A stretch of DNA of 32,000 nucleotides from Promethearchaeota archaeon (GCA_048938295.1 JBHLMI010000007.1:30001-62000); one strand, 5' to 3'; shown: positions 8,435 to 18,804, counted from the stretch's first letter. Numbers and translations: made by a program. Notes: generated by a model not told the origin, from the sequence alone.

Positions 8435-11251
8435 GTGGAGAAAACCGTCTTTGGGCTGTTGAATCCCAGACTTTCAGCGGAAATTAAAAAACAGGGATTC
8501 CAAACACCTACACCTATTCAGAACCGTAGCATTCCACGGATCCTTAGAGGCGAGTCTGTTCTCCTCATTGCCCCTACCGGACATGGAAAAACAGAAGCCG
8601 CCTTCTTTCCATTAATAAATCGACTCCTCGAAGAACCTACGGATGTAAAAAGTGTTCAAGTTATCTGGGTTACTCCGCTTCGGGCTCTTAATCGGGACAT
8701 CCTGCGTCGCCTTGTTCAAATTGCTCAGGAGCTTAAAGTTCGTGTCGAAGTTAGGCATGGTGATACACCAGCTTCAGCTCGCCGTCGGCAGACTCTCAAA
8801 CCGCCTCAAATGTTTATTATAACACCTGAAACCCTACAAGCGATTTTAGTTGGAAAACGGATTCGTGAGCACCTTCGTAATGTTAGTTGTGTGGTTATCG
8901 ATGAGATTCATGAGCTAGCAGCCAGTAAACGTGGAGTCCAATTAATGGTGGCGTTAGAAAGGCTCCGCGAATTAACAAAGACGCCGTTTCAAAGGGTTGG
9001 ATTATCTGCTACGGTTGGGAACCCACGTGAAATTCAGAGGTTCATGGGCGGAGAGGAGAGAGTGGGAATTGTAAAATCTCCCGCCTCAAAAAACTTCGAT
9101 TTTCATCTCGAATATTGTCCGTTGTCTTTTGGTGAGGAAGATAAGTCGCCTCTTGATGGTCCGGCTGAAAGGATATGGGAATTGGTGAATACCCATTCAT
9201 CAACTCTGATATTTTGTAATGAACGGCAAACTGCTGAGGCATTAGGGCTCAGATTATCGAGACTCCATGGTAGTGACTCTGGAGTCCACCACGGCTCCCT
9301 TTCTCGAGAAGCTCGAATAGAAGCAGAACAAAAATTCAAAGCTGGTGAGGCGCCCTATTTAGTATGTACCTCGTCCTTAGAACTGGGGCTAGACATCGGG
9401 TTAGTGGATTTGGTAATCCAGTATGGCTCACCACGTCAAGTAATTCGACTACTCCAACGCGTAGGTCGATCAGGACATCAACTTAATCGAGTATCAAAGG
9501 GAGTAATTATCACCACCAGATTTGATGATGTTTGCGAAGGAATAGCAATCACTGAGAAGGCTTTAGAAGGTGTCCTAGAAACACCGCCCATTCATTATAA
9601 CGCGTTGGATATCGTCGCTCATCAGCTAGTTGGACTTGCAATTGAATATAAGACACTCACCTATGCACAGGCGATGAACATCATCAAACGTGCACCCCCT
9701 TACCGCTCTCTTAAAAAGGAAAAAATCACAAAAGTGATTGAATATCTTCAAATTGAAGGTTTAATATCAAGAGACGATGTAATTCTTAGACCAAGGCGGA
9801 AATCCTATTCTTACTATTTTGAAAACCTCTCCGTGATTCCTGATACGCCTCACCATCGGGTTATCAACATGGCTACAAATAGGCCAGTTGGACGCCTTGA
9901 TACGGGTTTCGCTGAAGAATATGGGCATACGGGTAACATACTAGTTCTGCGTGGACGACCTTGGGAGGTCGTTAAACAGGATGAAGAAAGCGTATATGTT
10001 ACGGCCGTTCAGCACACAAAAGGGCGAATACCCAGATGGAGTGGAGAGCTGATTCCCGTATCGAAGATAGTTGTGGAGAGTGTGAGTGATTTATGGAATA
10101 ATGTCGCAGAAAATTTAGATCACCCTGATTCAATATCATATAATATCGACATCGATGAGCCAGCGAAACAAATTCAGTTAACAACCATTACCAAACAAAT
10201 TCAAAGCGGCTTCGTTCCCAATAGCCAAAGTATCACCATTGAAGTAGGACATGAATTGATTGTCATCCATTCCTGCTATGGTACTCGTATCAACCAAACC
10301 CTTGGTCGCTTGCTTGCAGCTCTTCTAACCTCGCAATTAGGAAGAGAAATTGTATTTCATGCAGATCAATACCGAATCCTTTTTCGATTCGAACGTGGTG
10401 GCGGCCATGCAATCGGCGAGGCCCTATATGAAGGGCTGCAGCAACTTGAAGCTGCCCATATGGATGAGTTGCTGCAACTCATCTTGCTGCGATCCCCGTA
10501 TTTTGCGCGACGTTTCCTTCATGTGGCGCGTAGATTCGGGGTGATTTCACATTCTGCGAGCCTTAGAAGCAGCCAACTTCTCCGGATAATGCAATATTTC
10601 ACAGGAACCCCAATTATCGAAGAAGCATTACGAGAGTTCTATGTGGATAAGCTGGATATCACTAACACACGGTCTCTTCTGGAAGCCATACAGGCCAAGG
10701 AAATCGAAGTACAAAAAATCCATCAGGCCCGCCCATCTCCTTTTGCTCGACAAATTCTAGCACGATTTGGCGAGTTTCTTGAACCCGAAATTCCTGAATC
10801 GTATATCCTTGAACAAACCAAGAAGCGCCTTTTAGATCGAAAAGTCCGACTGGTATGCTTGCATTGTGGACAATGGACAAGTGTGCGGACAATCAAGCAT
10901 TTGGATGATCACCCTCAATGTAAGAAATGTGCCTCAAGGCTTATTGCCGGGGTTTTTCCAACGGATGAATTATTACAAAAAGCAATTCGCCGTCACCGAG
11001 CGGGACAAAAATTATCCCCTGAGGAACAAAAAGCGCTTCGAAAAGGTCGCGAAAACGCTGAGGTTGTACTTAACTATGGAAAACCAGCACTAATTGCCAT
11101 GGCGGGTAGAGGAGTTGGACCAACTGTTGTTAAACGGATTCTCGCAGGAAGCCATGAACGACCTGAAAGCGAATTCTACCGTCTTATTTTAGAAAATGAG
11201 AAGCAGTTCATTCGAACCAGGGAATGGTGGGCTGAGGCAAAGCCTCAATAA
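8435..11251 (+). CDS. lhr: Lhr-family SF2 helicase with C-terminal Cys-rich motif
   Basis: APTGHGKT, DEIH, GLSATVGN, HHGSLS, TSSLELGLDIG, LLQRVGRSGH, and C-terminal CLHC...CKKC. Confidence 0.93.
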   Translation: MEKTVFGLLNPRLSAEIKKQGFQTPTPIQNRSIPRILRGESVLLIAPTGHGKTEAAFFPLINRLLEEPTDVKSVQVIWVTPLRALNRDILRRLVQIAQELKVRVEVRHGDTPASARRRQTLKPPQMFIITPETLQAILVGKRIREHLRNVSCVVIDEIHELAASKRGVQLMVALERLRELTKTPFQRVGLSATVGNPREIQRFMGGEERVGIVKSPASKNFDFHLEYCPLSFGEEDKSPLDGPAERIWELVNTHSSTLIFCNERQTAEALGLRLSRLHGSDSGVHHGSLSREARIEAEQKFKAGEAPYLVCTSSLELGLDIGLVDLVIQYGSPRQVIRLLQRVGRSGHQLNRVSKGVIITTRFDDVCEGIAITEKALEGVLETPPIHYNALDIVAHQLVGLAIEYKTLTYAQAMNIIKRAPPYRSLKKEKITKVIEYLQIEGLISRDDVILRPRRKSYSYYFENLSVIPDTPHHRVINMATNRPVGRLDTGFAEEYGHTGNILVLRGRPWEVVKQDEESVYVTAVQHTKGRIPRWSGELIPVSKIVVESVSDLWNNVAENLDHPDSISYNIDIDEPAKQIQLTTITKQIQSGFVPNSQSITIEVGHELIVIHSCYGTRINQTLGRLLAALLTSQLGREIVFHADQYRILFRFERGGGHAIGEALYEGLQQLEAAHMDELLQLILLRSPYFARRFLHVARRFGVISHSASLRSSQLLRIMQYFTGTPIIEEALREFYVDKLDITNTRSLLEAIQAKEIEVQKIHQARPSPFARQILARFGEFLEPEIPESYILEQTKKRLLDRKVRLVCLHCGQWTSVRTIKHLDDHPQCKKCASRLIAGVFPTDELLQKAIRRHRAGQKLSPEEQKALRKGRENAEVVLNYGKPALIAMAGRGVGPTVVKRILAGSHERPESEFYRLILENEKQFIRTREWWAEAKPQ

Positions 11252-11256
11252 TGAGA

Positions 11257-11364
11257 TTATTGTTCTTCACGTCCGCTTAGGATGTGGTAAGCAATGATAA
11301 GTAGACTTGCTAAAATTGAGAGTAAAATGGTCACGATGTAATAGATTTGATATACGACATCCAT
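11257..11364 (-). CDS. 35-aa single-TM micro-protein, OST4-like
   Basis: Below the ORF-track cutoff. MDVVYQIYYIVTILLSILASLLIIAYHILSGREEQ fills the lhr-SWIM gap and is co-directional with the SWIM gene. Confidence 0.65.
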   Translation of the reverse strand: MDVVYQIYYIVTILLSILASLLIIAYHILSGREEQ

Positions 11365-11410
11365 TTGCAGAACCGTCTTGCCAAGTTATTTCACTGCTTT
11401 TTAAGTTTAC

Positions 11411-11851
11411 TCAAGCATCCTCTTTCTTTGATTTTAGAGCTGCTGGCTTTTCTAGCAATCGTTCCCATTCTTCGCGTAATGTGTTATACCGCATATCATC
11501 GATACGGATTTCTGAATACTTACTTAGGGCTTTGGCAAGAATTTGGGCGAGAATATGATAACAAAGATCTGCCGTGCGTTTTACTATAACGTTGATATAG
11601 AAGTCTTCACAGTCACAATACACTTCAGACAAAACACGATAATCCCGGCTTTTACCCACAACAACCCAAGCTTCCCTACCGCTTGGTTCGAAGACGTATT
11701 TTTTAACCAGGTCATTAGCTACCGCTTGAAGAGCCTTCCAAAAGCGGTCACCACAGAGCCTGTTGAGATCAACAAGTGAAGCACCCGAGATGGCTTGTTG
11801 TTTTTTAATGGAGTCTAAGACTGCTACTAAATCGCCTTTCATCAATATCAA
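11411..11851 (-). CDS. SWIM zinc-finger protein, SWS1/ZSWIM7-like
   Basis: YCDCEDF...LCYHILA (CxC...CxH), preceded by PSGREAWVVVGKS. Confidence 0.85.
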   Translation of the reverse strand: MILMKGDLVAVLDSIKKQQAISGASLVDLNRLCGDRFWKALQAVANDLVKKYVFEPSGREAWVVVGKSRDYRVLSEVYCDCEDFYINVIVKRTADLCYHILAQILAKALSKYSEIRIDDMRYNTLREEWERLLEKPAALKSKKEDA

Positions 11852-11907
11852 CAGTCACTTATCATAAAGAAAAAAATACCTATCCGCTGAGTAATTAGTG
11901 AATCAGC

Positions 11908-12720
11908 ATGCAATTAGAACTCATCGAAAACGAACCAGCTGTTATCCTGTATGAGGAACCACGACGGGTTCTAGTTGTGGCTGACCTTCATATCGGATAT
12001 GAACGAACACTTTTCAAACAAGAGTTCTATTCAACGAATTTAACGCTTCAAATCATTCAACAAATTAGGCAACTCGTCAAAAAACAAAGGCCCACTGAAA
12101 TTATTATTTTGGGAGATTTGAAACATTCTATCCAAGACTTCTCAAAACAGGAATTTCAGCAGGTTGCACAACTACTTTTCGATTTACAACAACAGGCAGC
12201 TGTCACTATTGTCCGAGGTAATCATGACGCGGATTTAGAATTGGTTACCCCGGATGACACCCAGATTGTTTCAGCAGCGGGTTTCTCTCTTCGTTTCAAA
12301 TCAAACCAGGTATACTTCTTGCATGGTCATGCGTATCCTTCTGCTGACATATTATCCTGCGACAGTCTGTTGATGGGACATATTCACCCAGCAGTCTCAA
12401 TATCAAAGCTCAAAGAACGGGTTTCAATCCACCGTGTGTGGATGAGAACCAAATGGAATTCGACAATCATTGAAGCACTCAAAAGCTGCTTAGGTGAAAT
12501 ACACTTTCAAAAAGAACCAAGGATCGTGCAACGCTTACTTAGAATGAATGTATTGGTCATCCCAGCTTACAATAGTCTACTCCAAGGACATATTCTAAAC
12601 AAGGAACCATTGAATATGTTTCTTGGCTCTCCATTATTTCGGCATCTATCCTTAGAAGATGCAGAGATTGTGATGCTGGACCATACACCCTTAGGGACGT
12701 TGAAACAACTGACTGAGTAA
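11908..12720 (+). CDS. Calcineurin-like metallophosphoesterase (Lhr-associated MPE type)
   Basis: ADLHIG, ILGDLKH, RGNHD, HGH and MGHIHP metal-binding motifs. Confidence 0.9.
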   Translation: MQLELIENEPAVILYEEPRRVLVVADLHIGYERTLFKQEFYSTNLTLQIIQQIRQLVKKQRPTEIIILGDLKHSIQDFSKQEFQQVAQLLFDLQQQAAVTIVRGNHDADLELVTPDDTQIVSAAGFSLRFKSNQVYFLHGHAYPSADILSCDSLLMGHIHPAVSISKLKERVSIHRVWMRTKWNSTIIEALKSCLGEIHFQKEPRIVQRLLRMNVLVIPAYNSLLQGHILNKEPLNMFLGSPLFRHLSLEDAEIVMLDHTPLGTLKQLTE

Positions 12721-12778
12721 GTGTGTTCTATCGGAAGAAACATTTTAAGAGAGCAATAACTGTATCCAGCACCAACGT

Positions 12779-12948
12779 GGGTCGATGGTCTAGCTTGGTA
12801 TTGATACAAGGATATGTTCCTTGGAACCACCAAAGATTCGCGGTTCGGGACCACAATGTCTGTTGGATGCGTGGCGAAAGTCCGTGAGATCCGGGGTTCA
12901 AAACCAGCTGGCATTTGCCAGCTGGAGAAAATCCCCGTCGGCCCACCA
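12779..12948 (+). tRNA. tRNA-Pro(CGG) with three introns (22/23, 37/38, 59/60)
   Basis: Acceptor GGGTCGA/TCGGCCC plus ACCA. Removing 12802-12834, 12850-12880 and 12903-12931 gives a standard cloverleaf with anticodon loop TTCGGGT and T loop TTCAAAT. Each intron is flanked by a BHB-like motif. Confidence 0.9.
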
Positions 12949-13032
12949 TTTTTACCTGATTTTGTGTTTAGAATATTTCGTCAGTTACCGTAATTTCTGT
13001 TAAATTGCGTAAAGCACTTAAGGCAGAATGAG

Positions 13033-13782
13033 TTGCCTCTTATTATGCCTGTGGCGGCGCCAGTCAGACAACGTCTTGCTCGACGCATAGCAGGAGAGGT
13101 CTCTTTATCCGATAGCCCAGGCCGAGTTATGCGAAAATGGCGTGAGATGTTTCATATCCCACAAATCCAGTTAGCAGAGTCATTAGGTGTATCACCCTCT
13201 GTTATTAGTGATTATGAAAGTGGGCGGCGTCAATCCCCTGGAACAAAAACCATCAAGCGATTTGTGGAAAACATCATAACTTTGGACGAGCGAAATGGAG
13301 GGCAAGTAGTAAATGCGTTCCAACGCATGATGGGTGTGGAGATTCCAACCAGTATCATTTTAGATATTAGCGAGTTCACAACTGGTATTACCATTCGAGA
13401 ACTACTTGATGGCATACGAGGGCAAATCGTTACCGGGGAGGAGCTGCAGGAACGTGAATTGTTAGGATATCTAATAGTAGACACCTCAGAAGCTTTAGAT
13501 GTTCTATCAAGTACAGGATTTCTCAAACTATTCGAGGCAACCGAAGATCGAGCACTGATTTTAGTTAATGTGTCAACAGGTCGATCTCCACTAGTAGCGC
13601 TAAAGGGAGAGATTAAACCAAGTCTTTTTGTACTACATGGTGTAGAACAAATCGACTATCTGGCAATTGAACTTGCCAAACGGGAAAAAGTTCCCCTTGC
13701 AATCTCACGCCTTGAATCAGTAGCAGGGTTGTTACGACGATTACAAGCCCTCCGAAAAAACACTATTAACCATGAACAATGA
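13033..13782 (+). CDS. Conserved archaeal XRE-type HTH transcriptional regulator
   Basis: RIAGEVSLSDSPG, MRKWREMFHIPQIQLAESLGVSPSVISDYESGRRQSPG, and VSTGRSPLVA. Confidence 0.85.
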   Translation: MPLIMPVAAPVRQRLARRIAGEVSLSDSPGRVMRKWREMFHIPQIQLAESLGVSPSVISDYESGRRQSPGTKTIKRFVENIITLDERNGGQVVNAFQRMMGVEIPTSIILDISEFTTGITIRELLDGIRGQIVTGEELQERELLGYLIVDTSEALDVLSSTGFLKLFEATEDRALILVNVSTGRSPLVALKGEIKPSLFVLHGVEQIDYLAIELAKREKVPLAISRLESVAGLLRRLQALRKNTINHEQ

Positions 13783-13792
13783 GCCGATGGAT

Positions 13793-14116
13793 ATGACAGA
13801 TAAAATAGCTGTAATCGGTGATACCGATACAGTCGTAGGTTTTCGGCTCGCGGGTATTCTAAATTCGAATATCCCAGCTGATGGCGCTTCAGCACGTCGA
13901 GCGCTCCTTGACTTTTCAAATGACTCGAATATCTCCGTAATTATTATAACCGAACCCCTTGCAGAAAAGATCCGTGAAACAATCGAAGAGCTCTCTGAGA
14001 GACCATATCCCGTAATTGTTGAAATACCTGATAAAAACGGGCGACTTGAAGGGAAAGAAAGCCCTATACGTCGATTGGTGAAACGAGCAATCGGTGTTGA
14101 ACTCGAAGGATTTTGA
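13793..14116 (+). CDS. atpF: A/V-type ATP synthase subunit F
   Basis: KIAVIGDTDTVVGFRLAGI, VIIITE, YPVIVEIPDK, LVKRAIGV. An alternative ATG lies at 13772. Confidence 0.93.
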   Translation: MTDKIAVIGDTDTVVGFRLAGILNSNIPADGASARRALLDFSNDSNISVIIITEPLAEKIRETIEELSERPYPVIVEIPDKNGRLEGKESPIRRLVKRAIGVELEGF

Positions 14117-14200
14117 AACATACAAACACCATAAGAATTTTAACAAGAGAATATAGCTGATAGAGAATCCAACAACACAATTCAATGTAGGCGGTTTAGA

Positions 14201-17200
14201 ATGACTACCCGAATAGGTACTATACAACGAATTGCGGGTCCTCTTATCGAAGCAGATGGCCTTCTTGGGGTCACTATGTTTGAAGTCTGCCGAGTGGGAG
14301 AAGAAGAGCTCATTGGCGAAGTGAACCGGATTGTCGGTGATCGAGCCTATATCCAAGTTTATGAAGAAACATCTGGATTGAAGCCTGGTGAAAAAGCCGT
14401 TGCCACAGGGACATCACTTGACGTGGAACTGGGCCCAGGTCTAGTTGGATCGATCTATGATGGGATTCAACGTCCGCTCCCCAGCATCAAAGAAGAAGTA
14501 GGAGACTTCATTACTCGTGGCGTAACCGCCGACCCTTTACCAGTTGACAAGAAATGGCCCTTTCAACCAGCAGTAGAGAAAGGTGCTTCTATCTGGCAAG
14601 GAGATGTATTGGGAACCGTTCAGGAAACAAGTGTATTTCTTCACAAAATTTTGGTTCCACCTGGAATCGAAGGAAAAATTACACATATCGCTCCTGCAGG
14701 GGATTACACAATTCGCGAAGTCATTGCTCAAGTCCAAACCGCTAAAGGCAAAGAAGACCTGAAACTCACCCAGCGTTGGCCAGTTCGAATTGGTCGACCT
14801 TACAAAACTAAAATCGGTACGGAGGTGCCCCTCTATACGGGACAGCGTGTGATTGACACCTTCTTTCCCGTTGCCAAAGGAGGAACCGGAGCAATTCCTG
14901 GAGGATTCGGAACTGGAAAATGTGTGACTAGTGATACTCCTGTTTTACTCGCAAATGGAGACACCATGCCAATTCAAACCTTATACACGAAATTCTTACA
15001 AAAAGGAGAATTTATTGAGCATGATTCGGAAGATGAGACACTTATTCGTCTGAAAACTCCTCTTCGAATCCTTTCATTCGATGGATTAAGATACGTTTCA
15101 GCTAAAGCAACTCACATCTATAGAGGAACAACTCCTGCAGTTGTAAAGATAACTACTCGTTCTGGACGAGCTGTGGAGGTTACACCAGTTCATAAGCTCT
15201 TCAGATTTAATGGCGAGAAAATCGAGGAAGTTGAAGCCCAGCGATTAAATCCAGGTGATCACCTCGTTGTACCAAAGAAACTGGATATACCAGGGCAGAT
15301 CACCCAATTTGATTGTTATGAGATAGATCTCTCTTTACGCGTAATCGATTCAAAAGCCATTCAAACCATGCAAGAGTTGATTCAGAGCCTTAATGAAAAA
15401 ATGACACTTAAAGAGCTCTCAAAGAAACTAGAGGTTTCCTACGATGTTCTCATTGGATATAAGATTGGGAAAAATAACCCAACGCTCAGATTCCTCGATA
15501 AGCTAGTTAAACTTGCAGGTAAGCCACGAATTCCCGTTACTCTCGTTAAAGCAGAAAGAGGGTCAGAACCATTTCGCATTCCCAACAAGCTTACTAAGGA
15601 AATGGCGGAATGGCTTGGATTATTTGTAGCTGATGGACATTTTAAAGGAAAATATCAAGGCATTTACCTATACAATTCTTCTCCACAAATTTTGAATCGT
15701 TTCAAAGAATTATCATTGATCGTATTTGATTTAGAACCACAAATCGATCAGGATTCGTCTGATAGAACGCCATTTGCCTTTATTCGAAATACAAGCCTCA
15801 AGAAATTCCTAATCTCCCTTGATCTACCTGAATATGATAAAGTGCACAATGTCCGAGTACCCTCATGTATCCGAATTGCGCCAGAAGATTATTTCGTCCA
15901 TTTTCTAACAGGATATATTGCTGGCGATGGACATTTCTCGAAGTTTTCCCTTCATCTAAGTACAGCAAGTCAGCAACTTCACAGCGACTTAGGATACCTT
16001 CTAACCCGACTTGGACTAATTTACCGGGCTAGACCGAAAAATGACTCCTATGTAATTGAAATAGATGGGAAATTTGCTGAACATATTTCAAAAAGCATGC
16101 AAACACAAGGAGTATTCCCCTATGACAAAATTCAGCGATTACATGAGTATGCATCACAAGAGATTACACACTTCGTTGGCTTGGATGTCGTTCCGGTTAG
16201 CCAGCAGCTTTTACTTTCTCTCAAATCAGAAGGAAAGACGCCCCAAGGTCACGATGTTTTCAGAACAGCGAATGGTTTACGCTTAGATAATTACACAAGA
16301 TTAGGCGAAACACCATCAATTGATACTATAAGACGCATCTTTGAGATAATAGATTCGCAAGAAACTCAAATCTCTAATGAAACTAGGGAAAAACTGCACG
16401 GAATTCTGAACATCGTCGAACAGGTTTACCTTGACCGAATTAAGAAAATTGAAATTACTGAAACAAACGTTCCAGTTTACGATATCACTGTGGAGAACAC
16501 TCACAATTTCGTTGGTGGAGTTCTACCAATAACACTTCATAATACTGTAACGTTGCACCAGCTGGCGAAGTGGGCTGATGCTGAAATCATCGTCTATGTT
16601 GGCTGCGGTGAAAGAGGTAACGAAATGACCGAAGTCCTCGAAGACTTCCCCAAACTCAAGGATCCCAAGAGCGGCAAATCATTAATGGAAAGAACATTGC
16701 TTGTTGCTAATACTAGTAATATGCCTGTTGCCGCACGCGAAGCCTCCATTTACACTGGAATAACGCTTGCCGAATATTTCCGTGACCAGGGCTATAACGT
16801 AGCTCTTATGGCAGACAGCACCTCACGATGGGCAGAAGCACTCCGAGAGATTTCAGGACGATTGGAGGAAATGCCAGGTGAAGAAGGATACCCTGCATAC
16901 CTGGGAAGTCGTCTCGCCGACTTCTATGAAAGAGCAGGACGAGTTAAAACCTTAGGAACTGATGACCGGGTGGGGAGCGTTACCGTTACAGGTGCGGTTT
17001 CTCCAGCTGGTGGTGACTTTTCAGAACCCGTTACACAATCGACTTTACGGATTACGAAAGTATTTTGGGCACTTGACAAAGACATGGCTTCAAGACGATT
17101 CTTCCCTGCAATCAATTATCTTCAAAGCTATTCTTTATACAAGGATGAGTTAGTTCCTTGGTACCAACGGAACATGGGTTCTGATTGGCCGGAACTTACT

Positions 17201-17599
17201 GAAGAGTCCCTATCCATCCTTCAACGTGATAAAGAACTTCGCGAAATCGTACAACTTGTCGGTCCTGATGCCTTGCCAGAGCGAGAACGTGCGATTTTAG
17301 AGGCTGCCCGAATGGTCAAGGAAGACTACTTAATGCAATCAGCTTTGCATCCAGTCGATACGTATTGCCCCGAGTTAAAGAGCTACTGGATGTTGAAGAT
17401 CATCATGGAGTTTTGGCAACATATGCGGCAAGCAATCGACGAAGGAATCCCACTTCGCCGAATCATTGCACTTCCTGTAGTAGGGAAAATCGCTCGGATG
17501 AAAGTGCAACCTCACGAAGACGTAAAGGTCATGGAACAATACTTCAAGGATCTTGAAAACGAAATCAACAACGAATTTATCTCCATTGAAGCAAATTAG
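14201..17599 (+). CDS. atpA: A/V-type ATP synthase subunit A, intein-containing
   Basis: [23 protein letters not shown]-loop GGFGTGK|[42 protein letters not shown]. About 591 aa after splicing. Confidence 0.97.
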   Translation: MTTRIGTIQRIAGPLIEADGLLGVTMFEVCRVGEEELIGEVNRIVGDRAYIQVYEETSGLKPGEKAVATGTSLDVELGPGLVGSIYDGIQRPLPSIKEEVGDFITRGVTADPLPVDKKWPFQPAVEKGASIWQGDVLGTVQETSVFLHKILVPPGIEGKITHIAPAGDYTIREVIAQVQTAKGKEDLKLTQRWPVRIGRPYKTKIGTEVPLYTGQRVIDTFFPVAKGGTGAIPGGFGTGKCVTSDTPVLLANGDTMPIQTLYTKFLQKGEFIEHDSEDETLIRLKTPLRILSFDGLRYVSAKATHIYRGTTPAVVKITTRSGRAVEVTPVHKLFRFNGEKIEEVEAQRLNPGDHLVVPKKLDIPGQITQFDCYEIDLSLRVIDSKAIQTMQELIQSLNEKMTLKELSKKLEVSYDVLIGYKIGKNNPTLRFLDKLVKLAGKPRIPVTLVKAERGSEPFRIPNKLTKEMAEWLGLFVADGHFKGKYQGIYLYNSSPQILNRFKELSLIVFDLEPQIDQDSSDRTPFAFIRNTSLKKFLISLDLPEYDKVHNVRVPSCIRIAPEDYFVHFLTGYIAGDGHFSKFSLHLSTASQQLHSDLGYLLTRLGLIYRARPKNDSYVIEIDGKFAEHISKSMQTQGVFPYDKIQRLHEYASQEITHFVGLDVVPVSQQLLLSLKSEGKTPQGHDVFRTANGLRLDNYTRLGETPSIDTIRRIFEIIDSQETQISNETREKLHGILNIVEQVYLDRIKKIEITETNVPVYDITVENTHNFVGGVLPITLHNTVTLHQLAKWADAEIIVYVGCGERGNEMTEVLEDFPKLKDPKSGKSLMERTLLVANTSNMPVAAREASIYTGITLAEYFRDQGYNVALMADSTSRWAEALREISGRLEEMPGEEGYPAYLGSRLADFYERAGRVKTLGTDDRVGSVTVTGAVSPAGGDFSEPVTQSTLRITKVFWALDKDMASRRFFPAINYLQSYSLYKDELVPWYQRNMGSDWPELTEESLSILQRDKELREIVQLVGPDALPERERAILEAARMVKEDYLMQSALHPVDTYCPELKSYWMLKIIMEFWQHMRQAIDEGIPLRRIIALPVVGKIARMKVQPHEDVKVMEQYFKDLENEINNEFISIEAN
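14921..16543 (+). mobile_element. 541-aa intein with LAGLIDADG endonuclease in the AtpA P-loop
   Basis: Starts CVTSDTPV (aa 241), block [14 protein letters not shown], motifs [10 protein letters not shown] and [10 protein letters not shown], ends [12 protein letters not shown]...LHN (aa 781), with Thr at +1. Confidence 0.96.
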
Positions 17600-17667
17600 T
17601 TATTTATCAGTTCTAAGCCAAAGGCACATGAGATCCATTCCTCTCACTAGGGGAAAGGCGTATTGCG

Positions 17668-18660
17668 ATGATAGATGAAACCCGTAAGGTAACACAATGG
17701 GGAAAAAGCAAAACCCTTGTAGTGAGTCTTCCACGGCGATGGATTAAAAAATTCGGGATTGAGCCTGATTCACAGCTTCATATACATGAGGATGCGGAAG
17801 GATCGTTACGTATCACTCCATTGCAGATGGTTGAAACGCCTTCACAAAGAGTGGCTACCGTGCGTCTTTTAGAACAGGATGAGATGACACTTAGAACCAT
17901 TCTCGAAACCTATTACATCGTGGGCTATGACCAATTGACTATCGAAAGTAGTCGCAGATTAAATGAATCTGTCCGCAAAACGGTGACTAATATTGTCAAC
18001 CAACTTCCAGGATTCGAAATCTTGGAAGTAACTGATCGGCGAATCGTCATCAAGGGAGTTAGCGTGATCCGTGGACAAGACATTATGGAATTTGTCAAGA
18101 TGAGCGGTGGAGCAACGCTTGAGAGTATCAAGACTCTAATAAAGGGATTAGAAGCCGGTCCGGATGAAACAGCACGAGTGGCCAATGAACTTATCACAGA
18201 GGAGTGGCGCCAAAGAGGAAATTATCTCCGGGCTAAGCGATCGCTAAGAAAGGCGATGAATGTTCGTCCACCAGGCTTCAAACTTGATATGGCAGATATC
18301 TTTGATACATCATATTTCGTGATGCAATTGAACAGTATTCATGATAACGTTCACCATATCGCTGAAGCACTCACTCGTCGACAACCTACAAGAGAACAGA
18401 ATAAATTGGCTGTCGCAGCCCTCACCAAGGTGTATGATAATCTTCAAAAGGCGATTTCTGCGTTTCTTCAGCGAAACCAGGAAATGGTTCGCCAAGTGTT
18501 AGGTGAAATTCCTCTGTTACGCCAGTGGAAACGGCAAACAGAAACAATTGTCGATGTTATGCGTGATTCAGTAATCACCCAGATAATTTTGGACCGCATG
18601 GAGGAAATGTTAGCCTATAATAGCGGAATTGCGAAAACAGCGCTATTGCTCAAGACTTAG
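17668..18660 (+). CDS. AbrB/SpoVT plus PhoU-like domain regulator
   Basis: N-terminal RKVTQWGKSKTLVVSLPRRWIKKFGI, then YYIVGYDQLTI, LPGFEILE and helical PhoU-like repeats. Confidence 0.75.
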   Translation: MIDETRKVTQWGKSKTLVVSLPRRWIKKFGIEPDSQLHIHEDAEGSLRITPLQMVETPSQRVATVRLLEQDEMTLRTILETYYIVGYDQLTIESSRRLNESVRKTVTNIVNQLPGFEILEVTDRRIVIKGVSVIRGQDIMEFVKMSGGATLESIKTLIKGLEAGPDETARVANELITEEWRQRGNYLRAKRSLRKAMNVRPPGFKLDMADIFDTSYFVMQLNSIHDNVHHIAEALTRRQPTREQNKLAVAALTKVYDNLQKAISAFLQRNQEMVRQVLGEIPLLRQWKRQTETIVDVMRDSVITQIILDRMEEMLAYNSGIAKTALLLKT

Positions 18661-18680
18661 CTATCCCATCAAATCTGTAC

Positions 18681-18715
18681 AGACGGAGAAAATAGAATGA
18701 AAAATTTTCTCGTCT
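18681..18715. repeat. Inverted repeat upstream of the atpB promoter region (terminator or operator)
   Basis: AGAC(G)GAGAAAAT, 10-nt loop, ATTTTCTCGTCT: 12 bp with one bulge. Confidence 0.5.
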
Positions 18716-18804
18716 CAAGGTAATGCTTAAAAGTTGCACAAGCCTAGTCACCGAAGCCCGATATCATTCAACACTTTGATATTAGAACGCGCGAGGTTAC
18801 AACA

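Noticed and set aside
12567-13003. ORFs 12567-12914, 12728-12949 and 12821-13003
   Set aside because: They overlap the intron-containing tRNA-Pro and show no protein features.
18681-18715. Inverted repeat as a MITE or IS remnant
   Set aside because: Too short, no target-site duplication and no second copy seen.
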